A stretch of 64,000 bases of DNA from the human T2T-CHM13v2.0 reference genome, Homo sapiens, in assembly GCF_009914755.1 (NCBI RefSeq), contig NC_060930.1. One strand, given 5' to 3'. Below the pieces are notes generated by a model that had not been told where the DNA came from, made no database searches, and saw only the letters and a program-made list of their open reading frames with translations. Numbering within the stretch: position 1 is the first letter of the stretch; every line of letters starts with the position of its first letter. Below, in pieces: positions 1 through 14,205 of this stretch. Position numbers and translations under genes: made by a program.

Positions 1-146
1 CTGGAAATCCTAAATGAATATCAGAATAAAATTCTGGAATGAATGAATGGCATGAAAAACTGGAATTCATTTGAACTCATTGCCAATGCTCAGTCTTGAA
101 AAGTAAAAAAAGATACAGATGGATATTTTAGCATTTTAAAATTACT

Positions 147-3100
147 GAGGGAAGAGCCAATATGGCTGACTAGATGCAGCCAGGAAGAGCTTCTCCCACT
201 AAGAGAGACCAGACCACCAAGTACACCGGCATACTCTAAACAGATCTTCAGAAAAAAGGCATTGAGAGTAGATAGAGGGAGGATATAGATCCTGGGCTGA
301 AAGGGGAAAAAGCTAGAAAGGCCACACAGGGCTGCAGAGCAACAGAATTCATTCCTTGCCATGAACAGATTCTAGGGAAGGGGTAAGTCAAATAGGTGTA
401 GAACAGTCCACTCTTGCCACAGACCTCCAGGATCCTAGCTGTGGAGACCCAACAACCCCCATGGACATTTTGAGTTTTAGAGGGGAATTGCCTGGTAAGT
501 TGGCAGAGACAGAACTCCAGTCTGCACAGACCCTGGAGGGTTTGGTGCGGGAATGGCTACAGTGGAGCATAGCCATTGCTTATCCCCCAAAGTTCACCAT
601 ACTTCTCTAGTTGGCTTTAGCTTTCGTTAGCTGCCAGACCTGGAGAGAGCAGGGCTGTCTTGCCCAGTGGACACAGTCAGTCTGATCTGAATGCCCCCTC
701 TATCTGCCGGCCTCTCCCAGGGTCCCTGTCTGGATGCACCCGCTTACAGTACAGCCTCAGGTGCCCTGCCAAAATGCTTGCCTGTGGTCACCACCATAGC
801 TCTTTTGCCAGCAGCCCCCATCATCCCATCAGAGTACTTTTGCAGATGGAACCCTTCCAGTGCACACTCACTAGCAACCTCCCCTCATCACCTTGTTGGT
901 GTGTGCACACATGCATACAGAAACACCACTGCCCCACTGGCTAACACACACACAGGGCCCCCTGCTACTCCACCAGCGTGCACATGTCTGGGTCTCATCT
1001 ACCACTCTGTTGGTGTGCATTCATCCATACTCTACCCACCCCATTGCTGCACTAGTGCACAGTTGCCTGCAGCTGCCTCGCTGGTGCACACTCATCCAGG
1101 ACCGTCTGCTGAAATGCACTCTCCCACGGTGCACCTGCCATCCTGCCAGAGCACTTTTGCTAACAGCTCCCATCAGAATGTTATTGCCAGTGGACTGGGA
1201 ACACCTCTTCCCCTCCAGTGCAGTTGGTGCTTGGCCTTGAGGAACCGGAAAGCAAAACCAGGGTCCTGGTCCTAGACCGCATTGTTAGAACACGCAGCCC
1301 AGGAATGCTGAGTTAAACACTGGCCCCCTGAAGATATCCAGAAATGAAGCCAATTGACTAAACCCAACTTATACCACAGTCAAACCCTCAAGGACAACAA
1401 AGAATTGAAAAGCTAAAAGCCCCATTCACAAGGCCAGCAACTTCAGAGATTAAAGGAACATTAGCACACACAGATGAGAAGGAACCAATGCAAGCATTCT
1501 GGCAACTCTAAAAGCCAGAGTGTCTTCTTGCCTCCAAATAACCACACTAACTTCCCAGCAGTGGTTCTTAACCAGACTGAAATGGGTGAAATGACATAGA
1601 ATTCAGAATCTGGATGGCAAGGAAACTCAATGAGATCCAGGATTAGGTTGAAACCCAATGTAAGGAAACCAGTAAAATGATCGAATGAAAGATGACACAG
1701 CCATTTTAAGAAAGAAGCAAACTTAACTTCTGGAAATAAAAAAATTCCCCAAAGGAATCTTATAATACAAATGGAAACATTAATAACAGAATAGACCAAG
1801 CTGAGGAAAGAATCTCAGAGCTCAAAGACCACTTCTTCCAATCAACACAGGCAGACAAGAAATTTTTTTTTTAATTTTAAATGAATAAAACCTCCAAGAA
1901 ATATTGGATTATGTAAAGAGACCAAACCTATGACTCGTTGGCATTACTGAAAGAAATAGAGAGAGCACAAACAGCATGGTAAACGTATTTGAGTGTATAG
2001 TCCACAAAAATTTCCCCAACCTTGATAGAGAAATTGACCTGCAAATTCAGAGAACACCTGTAAGATCCTATACAAAATGACTGTTGCCGAAACACATAAT
2101 CATCAGATTCTCCAAGGTCAACACAAAAGAAAAAAAAAATGCAGCTACAGAGAGGGGCAGGTCACGTACAAAGGGAACCCCATCAGGCTATCAGCAGAAA
2201 CCTTACAAGCCAGAAGAGACTGGGGGCCTATAACCAGCATACTTACAGAAAACAAATTCCAACCAAGAATCTCACTTTCACCCAAACTGGATTTCATGAG
2301 TGAAGGAGAAATAAAATCCTTTTTCAGACAAGCAAATGCTAAGATAATTCATTACCACTAGACCTGCCTTATAAAAGGTCCTTCAGGGAGTGCTCAACAT
2401 GGAAATGAAAGACTGATGCCTGTCACCACAAAGACACACTTAAGAACATAGCCCACTGATGGTATAAAGCAACTACACAATCAAGTCTACAAAACAGCCA
2501 GCTGAAAACATGATGATAGGGTCAAATCCTCACATATCAATACTTACCTTGAACATAAATGGGCTAAACACCCCACCTAAAAGGCAGAGTGCCAAGTTGG
2601 ATAAAGAAGCAAGACCCAACTGTACATTGTCTTTAAGAGACCTGTCTCACATGCAATGACAACATAGGCTCAAAGTAAAGGAATGGAGAAATACCTATCA
2701 TGCAAACAGTAGACAAAAAAGAGCAGGGTTGCTATTCTTATCTCAGACGAAACAGACTTTAAACCAGTGATGATCAAAAAGGACAAAGGAAGCCATTATA
2801 TAATGATAAAGGGTCTATTCAACAAGAAGATTTAACTATCCTAAATATATATGCATCCAATCACACCAAGATTCATAAAATAAATTCTTAGAGACCTATG
2901 AAGATACTTACATAACCATGCAATAATACTGAGAGACTTCAACATACCACTGAAAGCGTTAGACAGATCATGAAGGGAGAAAACTAACAAAGATATTTGG
3001 GACTTGACACTTGACCAAATGGACCTAACGGACATCTACAGAATTCTCCCACCCCAAAACAACAGAATATACATTTTTCTCATCTGCATATGGCACATAC

Positions 3101-5665
3101 TCTAAAATCAACTGCATCCTCAGCCATAAAGCAATTCTCAACAACAACAACAACAACAAAAAATACCAATCACATTCTCAGACCATAGCACAATAAAAAT
3201 GAAAATCAATACCAAGAAGTTCTCTCAAAATTAAACAACTTGCTCCTGAATGACTTTGGGGTAAATAATAAAATTAAGATGGAAATTTAAAAATTCTTCA
3301 AAACTAGTGAAAACAAAGATACAACCTGCCAGAATCTCTGGGACACAGCTAAACTAGTGTTCAGAGGAAAGTTTATAGCACTAAATGCTCACATCAAGAA
3401 GTTAAAAAGTTCTCAAATTACCAACTTAACATCACACCTAGAGGAACTAGATAAATAAGAGCAAATCAAGCTCAAAGCTATCAGAAGAAAAGTAATAACC
3501 AAAATTAGAGCTGAACTGAAATAAATTGAGATGCAAAAATCCACACAAAAGACGAATGAAATCAAAAATTGGTTCTTCAAAAGAATAAACAAGACTGATA
3601 GACTGCTAGCTAGATTAATAATGAAAAAAAGAGAGATGATCCAAATAAACACAATCAGAAATGACAAAGTGGAAACTACAACCAACCCCACCAAAATACA
3701 TAAAACCATCACAGACTTTTACAAACACTTCCATGCACACAACCTAGAAAATCTAGAATAAATAGGTAAATTCTTGGAAATATACAACCTCCCAAGATTG
3801 AATCAGGAAGACATTGAAATCCCAAAACGACCAATAACAAGTTCCAAAATTGAATCAGTAATAAAAAAAACTACAAAAAAAAAAAAAAAAAAAAAGCACT
3901 GGACCAGATAGATTCACAGCTGAATTCTACTAGACATACAGAGAAGAGCTGGTACCAATCCTACTGAAATTATTCCAAAAAACTCAGGAGGAGAGACTCC
4001 TCCCTAACTCATTCTATGAGGCCAGCGTCACCTTGATATCAAAACCTGGCAGAGACACATTGAAGAAAAAAACTTGAGACCAATCCCCATGATGAGCAGA
4101 GACACAAAAATCCTCAACAAAATACTAGCAAACCAAATCCAGCAGCACATAAAAAACAAATCCATCACAATCAAGTAGGCTTTGTTCCTGGATGCAAGGT
4201 TGGTTCAACATATGCAAATCAATAAATGCAATTCACCACATAAACAGAATTAAAAATAAAACCACATGATCATCTCAATAGAAACAGAGAAGGCTTTCAA
4301 TAAACTTCAACATCCTTTCATGTTAAAAACCCTCAACAAACTAGGCACTGAAGGAAGTTACCTCAAAATAGTAAGAGTCGTCTATGACAAATTCACAGCC
4401 AACATCATACTGAACAGACAAAAGCTGGAAGCATTCCCCCTGAAAACTGGAACAAAAGGATGCCCTTTCTCACCACTCCTATTTAACACAGTACTAGCCA
4501 GAACAATCCAGCAAGAAAAATAAATAAAAGGCATCCAAATAGGAATAAAGGAAGTCACACTATCTCTTGTCACACCTGATATAATTCTACACCTAACAAG
4601 CCCCATAGTCTTTGTCCAAAGACTCCTAGAACTGATAAACAACTTCAGTAAGGTTTCAAGATAGAAAATTGACATACAAAAATCAGTAGCATATCTATAA
4701 CACCAACAACATCCAAGCTGAGAGCCAAATCAAGAATGCAGTCCCATTCACAATAACCACAAAAAGAATCAGATACCTAGGAATACAGCTAACCAGGGAG
4801 GTGAAAGATCAATACAACAAGAATTACAAAACACCACTGAAAGAAATCAGAGATGACACAAGCAAATGGAAAAACATTCCATGCTCACGGATTGGAAGAA
4901 TCAATATTGTTAAAATGGCCATACTGCCCCAAACAATTAACTGATTTGACGCTATTCTTATCAAAATGCCTATGTCATTTTTCAAAAAATTAAAAAAAAA
5001 TTCTCAAATTTATATGGAACCATAAAGAAGCCCAAATAGCCAAAGCAAGCCATGTGTATAAGATTGAAACTGGACCCCCCCACCTTTCACTACTTACAAA
5101 AATCAACTCAAAATGGAATAAAGACTTAAACATGAGACTAAAAGTATTAAAACCCTAGTAGAAAACCTAGGAAATACCATTCTGGAGATAGGTCTTGGCA
5201 AAAATTTCATGACAAAGTCTCCACAGAAATTGCAATAAAAATAAAAATAGACACATGGGACCTAATTAAACTAAAGAGTTTCTGCACAGCAAAAGAAACT
5301 ATCAACAGGGTAAACAGACAACCTACAGAATGGAAGAAAATATTCATAAACTGTGCATCCAACAAAGTTCTAATATCCAGAATCTGTAGGGAACAGAAAA
5401 CCTAATACCATGTATTTTCACTTATAAATGGGAGGTAAACATTGAGTACACATGGACTCAAAGGTGGGGACAATACACACCAAGGCCTATTTGAGTGGGA
5501 AGAGTGGGAAGAGAGTGAAGGTCAAAGAACTGCCTATCAAGTACTGTGCTCGCTACCTGGATAATGAAATCATTTGTACACCAATCCTAGTGACACATAA
5601 TTTACCCATGTAAAAAACCTGCACATGTACCCTCTGAACCTAAAGTAAACATTGAAAGACAAAAA
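147..5665 (+). mobile_element. Near full-length old primate LINE-1 (L1PA15/16-like), degenerate, with two internal deletions in 3' ORF2
   Basis: GC-richer 5' UTR (147-~1400). ORF1 remnant (YKGNPIRLSAETLQARRDW, ORF 2077). ORF2 remnants ([14 protein letters not shown] 4266). 3' UTR ending aacctgcacatgtaccctctgaacctaaagtaaa. Many stops and frameshifts. Confidence 0.9.
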
Positions 5666-6090
5666 TATCCTAAATTAAGTATAGTAGAATAAAAATTTAG
5701 TGAACAATTGGCCTTTGTCTAATATATGCCTGTCTTCTTTGCTCTTAGAAAGTTCTAATAATGCATTAAGTATTTGTGGTGCCCTTATTAAATCTTAAAT
5801 TACCTAGTGAACATATACATACATATCTAACCACATAAACCTTGGGGAAGGTTAACCAAGCCTTTCCTTCGGATATCAAGTCTATGGTTTATTTTATTCC
5901 ACTCAAAAATGAGATTAAGCAAGGGATAATTACTTATGTAGAAGATTTCAGCAATTTTTTTTTCAAAAAAAATACAGTTTGGAAATAGCAAATGACTGCT
6001 ATAACCAACTGAGCAATTACATCCCTTTTTAATAGTGCATAAAAACATGCACTCATTAACCCTTGTTATGATAGTATGTGAATAAATTGA

Positions 6091-6427
<337 letters not shown>

Positions 6428-6640
6428 GATTTATCTTTTAAGATTACAGACTGGCCATTATCAGCTCAATGGCTTTTTAAAAATGTATAATTACATATGC
6501 TAATTATATGTAAGGACAGAGTTCAAATGTTATTATTCTTACATTTGCTTTCTTGCCTGCTAAATGAAAGGAAACAATTCTCATTTTCAAATAAAAAGTC
6601 TTTAAATGGCACATTTCATTCTTTAGAGTAAATTCACAAA

Positions 6641-7077
6641 ATTAGGCTCTTCTCATATTGCTATAAAGAAATGTCTGAGGCTGGGTAATTTATAAAGAAA
6701 AGAAGTTTAATTGGCTTATGGTTCTGCAGGCTGTACAGGAAGCATGATGCTGGCATCTGCTCAGCTTCTGGGGAGGCCTTAGGAAGCTTACAATCATGGC
6801 AGAAGATGAAGGGGGAGGAGGCAGTTCACATGGCCAGAGCAGGAGCAAGAGAGAGAGCAGGGGAGATGAGCAGGGGAGATGCCACACTTTTTAAACAACT
6901 AGATCTTATGAGAAATTCACTCACTATCACCAGGACAGCACCAAGAGGACAGTGCTAAACCATTCATGAGAAATCCAGTCCTGTGATCCAGTGACCTCCC
7001 ACCAGATCCCACCTCCAACATTGGGGATTACAACTCAACATTAGATTTGGGCAGGGACACACATCCAAACTATATCG
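6641..7077 (-). mobile_element. MaLR solo LTR (MSTA/MSTB-like)
   Basis: gggtaatttataaagaaaagaagtttaattggct ... acatccaaactatatc matches the reverse complement of the MST LTR; similar to 62702-63122. Confidence 0.85.
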
Positions 7078-7167
7078 TTTACCATAATACAAAAACAAAG
7101 ACAAAAATGGCCTGAAGTGTGCTTTATGAAATCAGTTGTGTTACTGAATTTTACATTCTAAAAGAGC

Positions 7168-7290
7168 TCTACTTACTACCTGGGTGATGGGATCATTTGT
7201 ACACCAATCCTCGGCAACACGCAATTTACCCATGTACAAAACTGCACATGTACCCCCGAATCGAAAACAAAAATTAAAAAAAAAGAAATT
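7168..7290 (+). mobile_element. Severely 5'-truncated L1 3' end (L1PA15/16-like) with A-rich tail
   Basis: tacctgggtgatgggatcatttgtacacc...tgcacatgtacccc closely parallels 5555-5645. Confidence 0.8.
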
Positions 7291-8799
7291 ACGTTAAAAA
7301 AATAAAATAACACTTCAATTTAAATAACTCTTCTAAATATCTGTCTTTTTTCTTCAGAAATCAGATTAACATTGAAATAGTGAGACTCTGCTATGCTAGG
7401 AAAATGTATTTGTATTAGTCCATATCACATATATTTCAGTTGAGAGACTTATATTTCTCAATTAAAAATTAAAACAAAATATGATATTTTCCTCTTCTAA
7501 TAGCACAAAAATCCTGAATCCTTCAGAAAAAGGAAAAAAAAAAAAAAAAAAGGACTCTGCTATGGGGCACATAGTTGACCCTGTTTTTTCCTAAAGTCAA
7601 GTAATAGATATGTTTAAGAAAAATGAAGTTAATATTTTCTCAGGAAAAAAGTACATCTGTATAAATTTTTTTAAGTTCGAGTTTTTACTTTAAATGGTTA
7701 TTGTTGTAACAACACATAAAAATTATTGCCATTATTGTAAGATTTCAGAGACCTAAACATACAAGGCTAATTGTGCTCCTGTACATAAATGAGTCATGTA
7801 TAAGAATAAACGATTAAAACTCCCAAATCCAAAAAAAGGAATCATTTTGTAGCATATATAAATTCAAATTTTGTTACAGCAAAAAAACAAATCTGTCTGA
7901 AGAAAAAAGCAATCAGATAATCTATACATATAATTGACATATAATAAAACTGGGCATTGATTAAATTCAGTAATATTTCAAATGCTAGTATTTTCTTTAA
8001 ACTGAAAGGAAATGTATCATTCAATAGAAATCTTAGTTATACTAGAATACAACTATCAAAATGTCCTACTAAGATTTTTATCTAATTTTAAGTAGCCTAG
8101 CCAATGAAAACAAACACTCAGTGGTTCTAAATTGTTTGTATTTGTGCTACCTTTGAATCTGACCACAACAATTCTAGTAGTCAACACTAATATTGAATTA
8201 ATTCTGGTATTACACACTCTAAACAGGGTCATACAGGACAGCAGAGTATGCATTCACTTTCACAGTATAAGAATGTCTTAGTACATTTAAATATATTGTC
8301 ATATTATTCTTTGCCCATTATTATTGTATGGGTATTTGTTTAAAAGTAGTTATTGTCCTCATAGGGTCTCCAGTATATACCATCAGGGGACATTTTGGAA
8401 TAATCTAATAAATATGTTACTTTGCTTGTTACCAGTTTGACATCATAATAAGCCCCTTGCTTCTGACTCACAATGAAGTGTACGTACATTTCCCTCAACA
8501 CAATGTTACATGAATTGATCCTACTTTCCTGAATCACCATTTATGAATAAATATATCCAGGAGGAAAAATTTTTCCTCTGTCCTCTCAGGTTGAGTGTCC
8601 TGTTAAATTGAAAAAAAGGCCAATTAACAAGAGAAAAAGTTTGTTCATATGTAAAATGAAATTAACAAAAGAAGTAGCCAGCTCTTTAAATGGGTAAAGT
8701 TACAGACTTACATTCCCAATAAAGTTTCCATGTCTATTTCTTATCTTAAGTGCCTCCTATTAGGGGAATGAATAAAATAATTATATAGAAAGGATGGAC

Positions 8800-9190
8800 T
8801 AATATACATTCATTAATAACTTGCTTAATGTATATCATGAATAAATTTCAAAATCAATGTTCAAAGTAAAACAAAACAAGTTTATTTATATAATTTTTTA
8901 AAAATACCCAAATGGTATCTATTTCATTCATGGATACATGCATATGTAGACAGTAGAAAACATGGATGGTAATAATATACATGAACTTCAGAAGTGTGGT
9001 TAACACCTAGGGGAAAAAGATTTAGCTATTGTTGCAAATCTTTTTTAAGACAGAAGGAGAGAGGGAGAGAGAAAGAGGGAAGGAAGGAGGGAGGGAAGGA
9101 GGAAATTGTTAATATATATTTAATTTCAGTGGTGTATACATAAATGTGATATTTTCTCTACATTTTATTATTTAAACATTTTTAAAGTTT
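8800..9190 (+). mobile_element. Ancient L1M(E)-type 3' fragment containing a purine-rich (GGAA/GGGA) simple repeat at ~9050-9105
   Basis: AT-rich L1ME-like motifs; weak similarity only. Confidence 0.4.
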
Positions 9191-9340
9191 TAATTTTAAC
9201 TTAAAGCTCATATAATTTTAATCCCTCTGAAATTTTCGGAGAAAAATATCGTTTTTGGCTCGATCTATCCATTTATACTGGAAATCAAGCCAACAACCTA
9301 GAAACTCGAATCTCTCTCTCATCTAGAAAGAAATCACAAT

Positions 9341-9679
<339 letters not shown>

Positions 9680-12601
9680 TCAAGAGAGCTGGGCAGTTAT
9701 AAAAACTGCTTTCTTCCTTTAGTATTTTCACGTACCAAAATGGGAAGAAGTAAAATGGTACAAGTACCAAACTGCCTCTAGCTACAGAGGGGAAAAAAAT
9801 GAAATTGGCCTCTTAAGGGGTTGAAGGGCTTGGAGAATTCACATGTTAGGTCATACTTCTTTGATTTCCACCCTCCTCTGTAGGAATGAATATTAGGAAC
9901 AATCATAAGTATGTCAAGGTCATGTTTACCTAATTCCAATGAAGCCAGTCATAAATCTCAAATTGTTAACCATCTGCAGGGAATGAGTGGATCTTTTTTT
10001 TTAGAAGCCAAGTAGTTAAAATGGAAAAATGTGTTTAGTGTGAAAAGAAACTGGAGTGTTTCTATATTAGATAAGGGAACAGTCCGTGACCACATAATGT
10101 CATTAATGTGATCGGAAATTATGTGGTCTTTTAAATTGCTTTATTTCCCTCAGCAGAATATTAATTTCAGGTGAGTAATTTAAATTGCATTAACAGCAGC
10201 CTCCTTAAGATGACACTTCATTTAGTTTTGAAAGTTACTGCTGTTTAAGATATCCCCCAGCCTGCCATTTCACACTGGTGCTAACTTGTGCCAGATTGTA
10301 TATTGTTTCTTTCAAAATACCATGGGGGTGTCAAATGCTTTATTGCAAACCTGCTGCTTTATGGGAATATGCAATGTAAATAAACCAGAGAGACACTTCT
10401 GTAAATTGCCCTATTTTAGATGGAAAATGTTTCAATTAGATATATGAAATCAACTGACAGTTTTATGAACCAAACCATTTTGAAAATATCCTTCACATGC
10501 ACTAGGTATCATCATATTTTCAGAGACCATATGTTGTAAAGTAGATCCACAAGATCTTCAAGAACAGGCAAACTTATACTCAGCATGAATTTCTATCCTA
10601 ATGCCTTTATCTCCTTCACTAACAAAAGTCCAGGTAAGACAACTTTCAAAATCACTAATTTGGTAGAAAGGGAAGTATCAAAATAATGTTTAAAAATTAT
10701 CATGGTTATTTTCCTTATGAAAACAAGATACACGCACATTCCTGCACTCTTTCCTGGACCATCAGTCCAGTAACGCAAATAGAGACAGACCATCAGAACC
10801 TGGGACAAGGGCTACAGGGTTAAAGACATGTTTTTGTAAGCAATCTTTGTTAGGAGCCTTAAAAACCAACTCATAACATGGATAATCATTTGCAGGAGAA
10901 TAAGAGTTTCATGGGTGACTGAATGAGATTATTAAATGGCTCAAGAAACTTCACAGTAGTAGCAAATAAATATATAATTTGAATTTACCTTTGATCTACC
11001 AAGCCCTTCTTAAAGGAAGGATACATTCATAATTAGATTTGACAAAGTCGTTGGTTCAATCCCCTTCTCTTTATCAAATAACCCTGTTTTTTCTTTTTCT
11101 GTTCCTTTTTCCTATTATCATAAATGGTTTACAAGCACCTTCAGAGATATATAATTTTTTTTATTTTTACAATACAAGGTCTTTGCTTTCCCAACCATAA
11201 TTCCTTCTGACACACTTTCCTTTTCTCCTATAAACTCTCTATTCTAATCTGTGACACCTCTCTCCTGTGACTCACATGCTCTCTGAATTTTGCTTCCTGG
11301 CAGCTGCTTTTCTGTGCTGCCATTGCTTATTCTTTCGAGCTATTCCCATGCTGTTCAACTCAGCTGCCATGATACTGCTGTCCCTGGCTGTTAGCTGCCT
11401 CCTGAATCCAGCTCACATACTCCAGAGCCATCTTTCCAGCAAGGGAGTTTCAGGCCATTGACTCCACTCCAGCAAATCACTGATTTGACTGAGTATATCT
11501 TTCTAATTCTCATTTAATATAGGATGGAACAGATTATTTCTACAGAAACCCTAAGTTTTAAAAAGAAAAAATGCACAACATTTCCAGAAGACCAGCAGCA
11601 GGAGCGACATTCCAGAACCTTGAATTTAAGGTGCTTCCTGTTTACTTCTCTGTGAATTATCATTGCCACCTCTGTGAAATCACCTAGCCACATGAGGTAG
11701 CAAAGCTGCCTGCCACCCAGCGGGCTGCAGGGGTAAGTGTGCATTGCTATAATCCTCAAAGAGGGAAATTTGAAAACCCTTGAGAAAATAATGACAAAGA
11801 AGGATCTAAATTGCACAGCAGGAGCCCAATAACCTAGCAAAGAACATACAGTGATGTGGGATGTTGAGAATAGATATTTCTTGAATTATAGGTAATCTAA
11901 AGTTAGTCTCTGTTAAAAACATAAGAAAAAGTAACCTAGAAAGAAGAAAACACATTACCTTTCTTATATTAATCACAAATACAATAATACATTTTAGCCT
12001 TCAACAAAAACTGGCAGAATGTTCCAGAAAACTGGTCTGTTTCTTTCATATTCATGAAATGATGCAAGAAGTAGAAGCAAAGTATAAACAAGGAAATCAA
12101 GAAAGTCTTAGCTATGGTGACTTTACTATATTTCCTTCCATATGTAAGTTGCTTTTAGGGTGCTTCTTTTTTAAAAGATTATAGAGATGGGATAACTCTA
12201 AATGAGAAAGCCTTTAGCCCTAACTCCTGATAAATAAATATAATCTGGGTCATTTGTCATTGTTCCCTCGACACACTGTGTAGCAAAAAGCAGCAGGACT
12301 CTGAAGACTGATGCTGCACTCACATGGGCTGAGCAGAAATAACACTGTTTAGTCCCAGGAACTAAAGGAAATTTGTAGGCTTATTTAATTTTAGCCCATC
12401 TTCAAATGGCACTATAAAGTTGTAGGAAAGCAGATATTGTCATGGTAGCATGAAAAATATAGAAACCAAGGCTCCAGAAGAACAGGAGAATGGAGCCATT
12501 TGCAGGTCAAGGGATTAGGAACTCAGCTATGGATCAGCCAGAACAGTAGGAGCTGCTACTTTAAGATGTGCCCTAAGATGGAAGGGCAAACAGCTAGGAA
12601 A

Positions 12602-12668
12602 GCCTGTCTGCCTGCCTGCCTGCCACCCTCCCTCCCTCCCTCCCTCCCTTCCTTCCTTCCTTCCTTCC
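12602..12668. repeat. Compound microsatellite (CCTG)n(CCCT)n(CCTT)n at the tail position of a minus-strand Alu
   Basis: Read directly from sequence. Confidence 0.9.
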
Positions 12669-12953
<285 letters not shown>

Positions 12954-13258
12954 TAAACAGGAATCTCCCTTTCCATTCTTTAACATATAATTCACATGCC
13001 TCTAGATTGAGATGATATCTAAAGTGTTCTGTGCCTACCTCTCCGACTATGGTCAGCCTATATCACAGCCTTTCAGAAAATTCCTTCCTCAGAGGAACAC
13101 AGCTTGTTTTCCCAGGGTACCTTTTTATTTCTTATTACAAAAATCCTTTAGTTTAGATACAAAAATTTATTTGCTCCTTAGGGATCCTGTTTGACATATC
13201 AGAATATGTTTTCAATATTTTTATTGTGGTAAAATATACGTAATATAAAATCATTTTA

Positions 13259-13540
13259 GGCCGGACACGGTGGCTCACGCCTGTAATCCCAGCACTTTGG
13301 GAGGCTGAGGCGGGCAGATGACTTGAGATTAGGAGTTCAAGACCAGCCTGGCCAATATGGCAAAACCCTGTCTCTACTAAAAATACAAAAATTATTTGGG
13401 CGTGGTGGCAGGTGCCTGTAATCCCAGCTACTCAGAAGCCTGAGGCAGGAGAATCACTTGAACCCATGGGGAAGAGGTTTCCATGAGCAGAGATCCTACC
13501 AGCCTGGATTACACAGGGAGACTCTGTCTCAAAAAAAGTA
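13259..13540 (+). mobile_element. Alu (S-type) with a small deletion in the right arm
   Basis: ggccggacacggtggctcacgcctgtaatccc...; short A tail. Confidence 0.93.
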
Positions 13541-13699
13541 TTTTAAATCATATTAACCATTTTTAGATATACAGTTGAGTGGTATTAAGTACATTCACAT
13601 AGTTGTGCAACTATCACCATTATGCATCTCCACAAATTTTTCATCTTCCCCCAAAGGAACTCTGCACTTATTACACAATAATTCACTTTCTGCCCTTCC

Positions 13700-14205
13700 C
13701 TTTCTGCCTAAAAGCAAGGCATACATTTCTCTTTGTAAAGGTGAGATAAGTTCCTATTTGTAAAGGTGTTCCCGTGTCCTGTACCAGGAAGACCACAAAC
13801 AGCACTGAGATGAGACTGCATAACAAACCTTACTAAACATTCTGTATCTACCATACATTTCCTAGTACCTTCCAACAATTTATCATCGTTAGAAACCCAA
13901 TGTTCTTTTCATTTTCTAGTTACTTCTCCACAACCTATCGCCCTTTGTTAAAATGGTACATAAACCCTTGAGTCTAACCACTTCTTTTTTTTTTTTTTTT
14001 TTTTTGAGACGGAGTCTCACTCTGTCACCCAGGCTGGAGTTTAACCACTTCTTTGGGTTTTCACTTCCTTTCTGTGAAGTTCCTGTACATGTAAAAATAT
14101 TAAAATTTGCATGCCTTTTCTACTGTTAATCTTTTTTCAATTTGATGAGTGTGCCCCAGATAGAGAACCTAACAGGATAGAGGGAAAGTTTTTCTTCTCC
14201 TAAAC
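13700..14205 (+). mobile_element. ERV1 LTR fragment (MER34/MER39 group)
   Basis: 3' LTR-like text (aaatttgcatgccttttctactgttaatc...agagggaaagtttttcttctcc) resembling the reverse complement of 45925-46050. Confidence 0.55.
13988..14041 (-). mobile_element. Extremely 5'-truncated Alu (~35 nt of body plus tail) with 13-bp TSD
   Basis: TSD taaccacttcttt at 13975-13987 and 14042-14054; body gagacggagtctcactctgtcacccaggctggagt. Confidence 0.9.

Noticed and set aside
660-1275. Overlapping 94-194-aa ORFs
   Set aside because: They lie in the C-rich repetitive L1 5' UTR, with low-complexity products and no domain motif.
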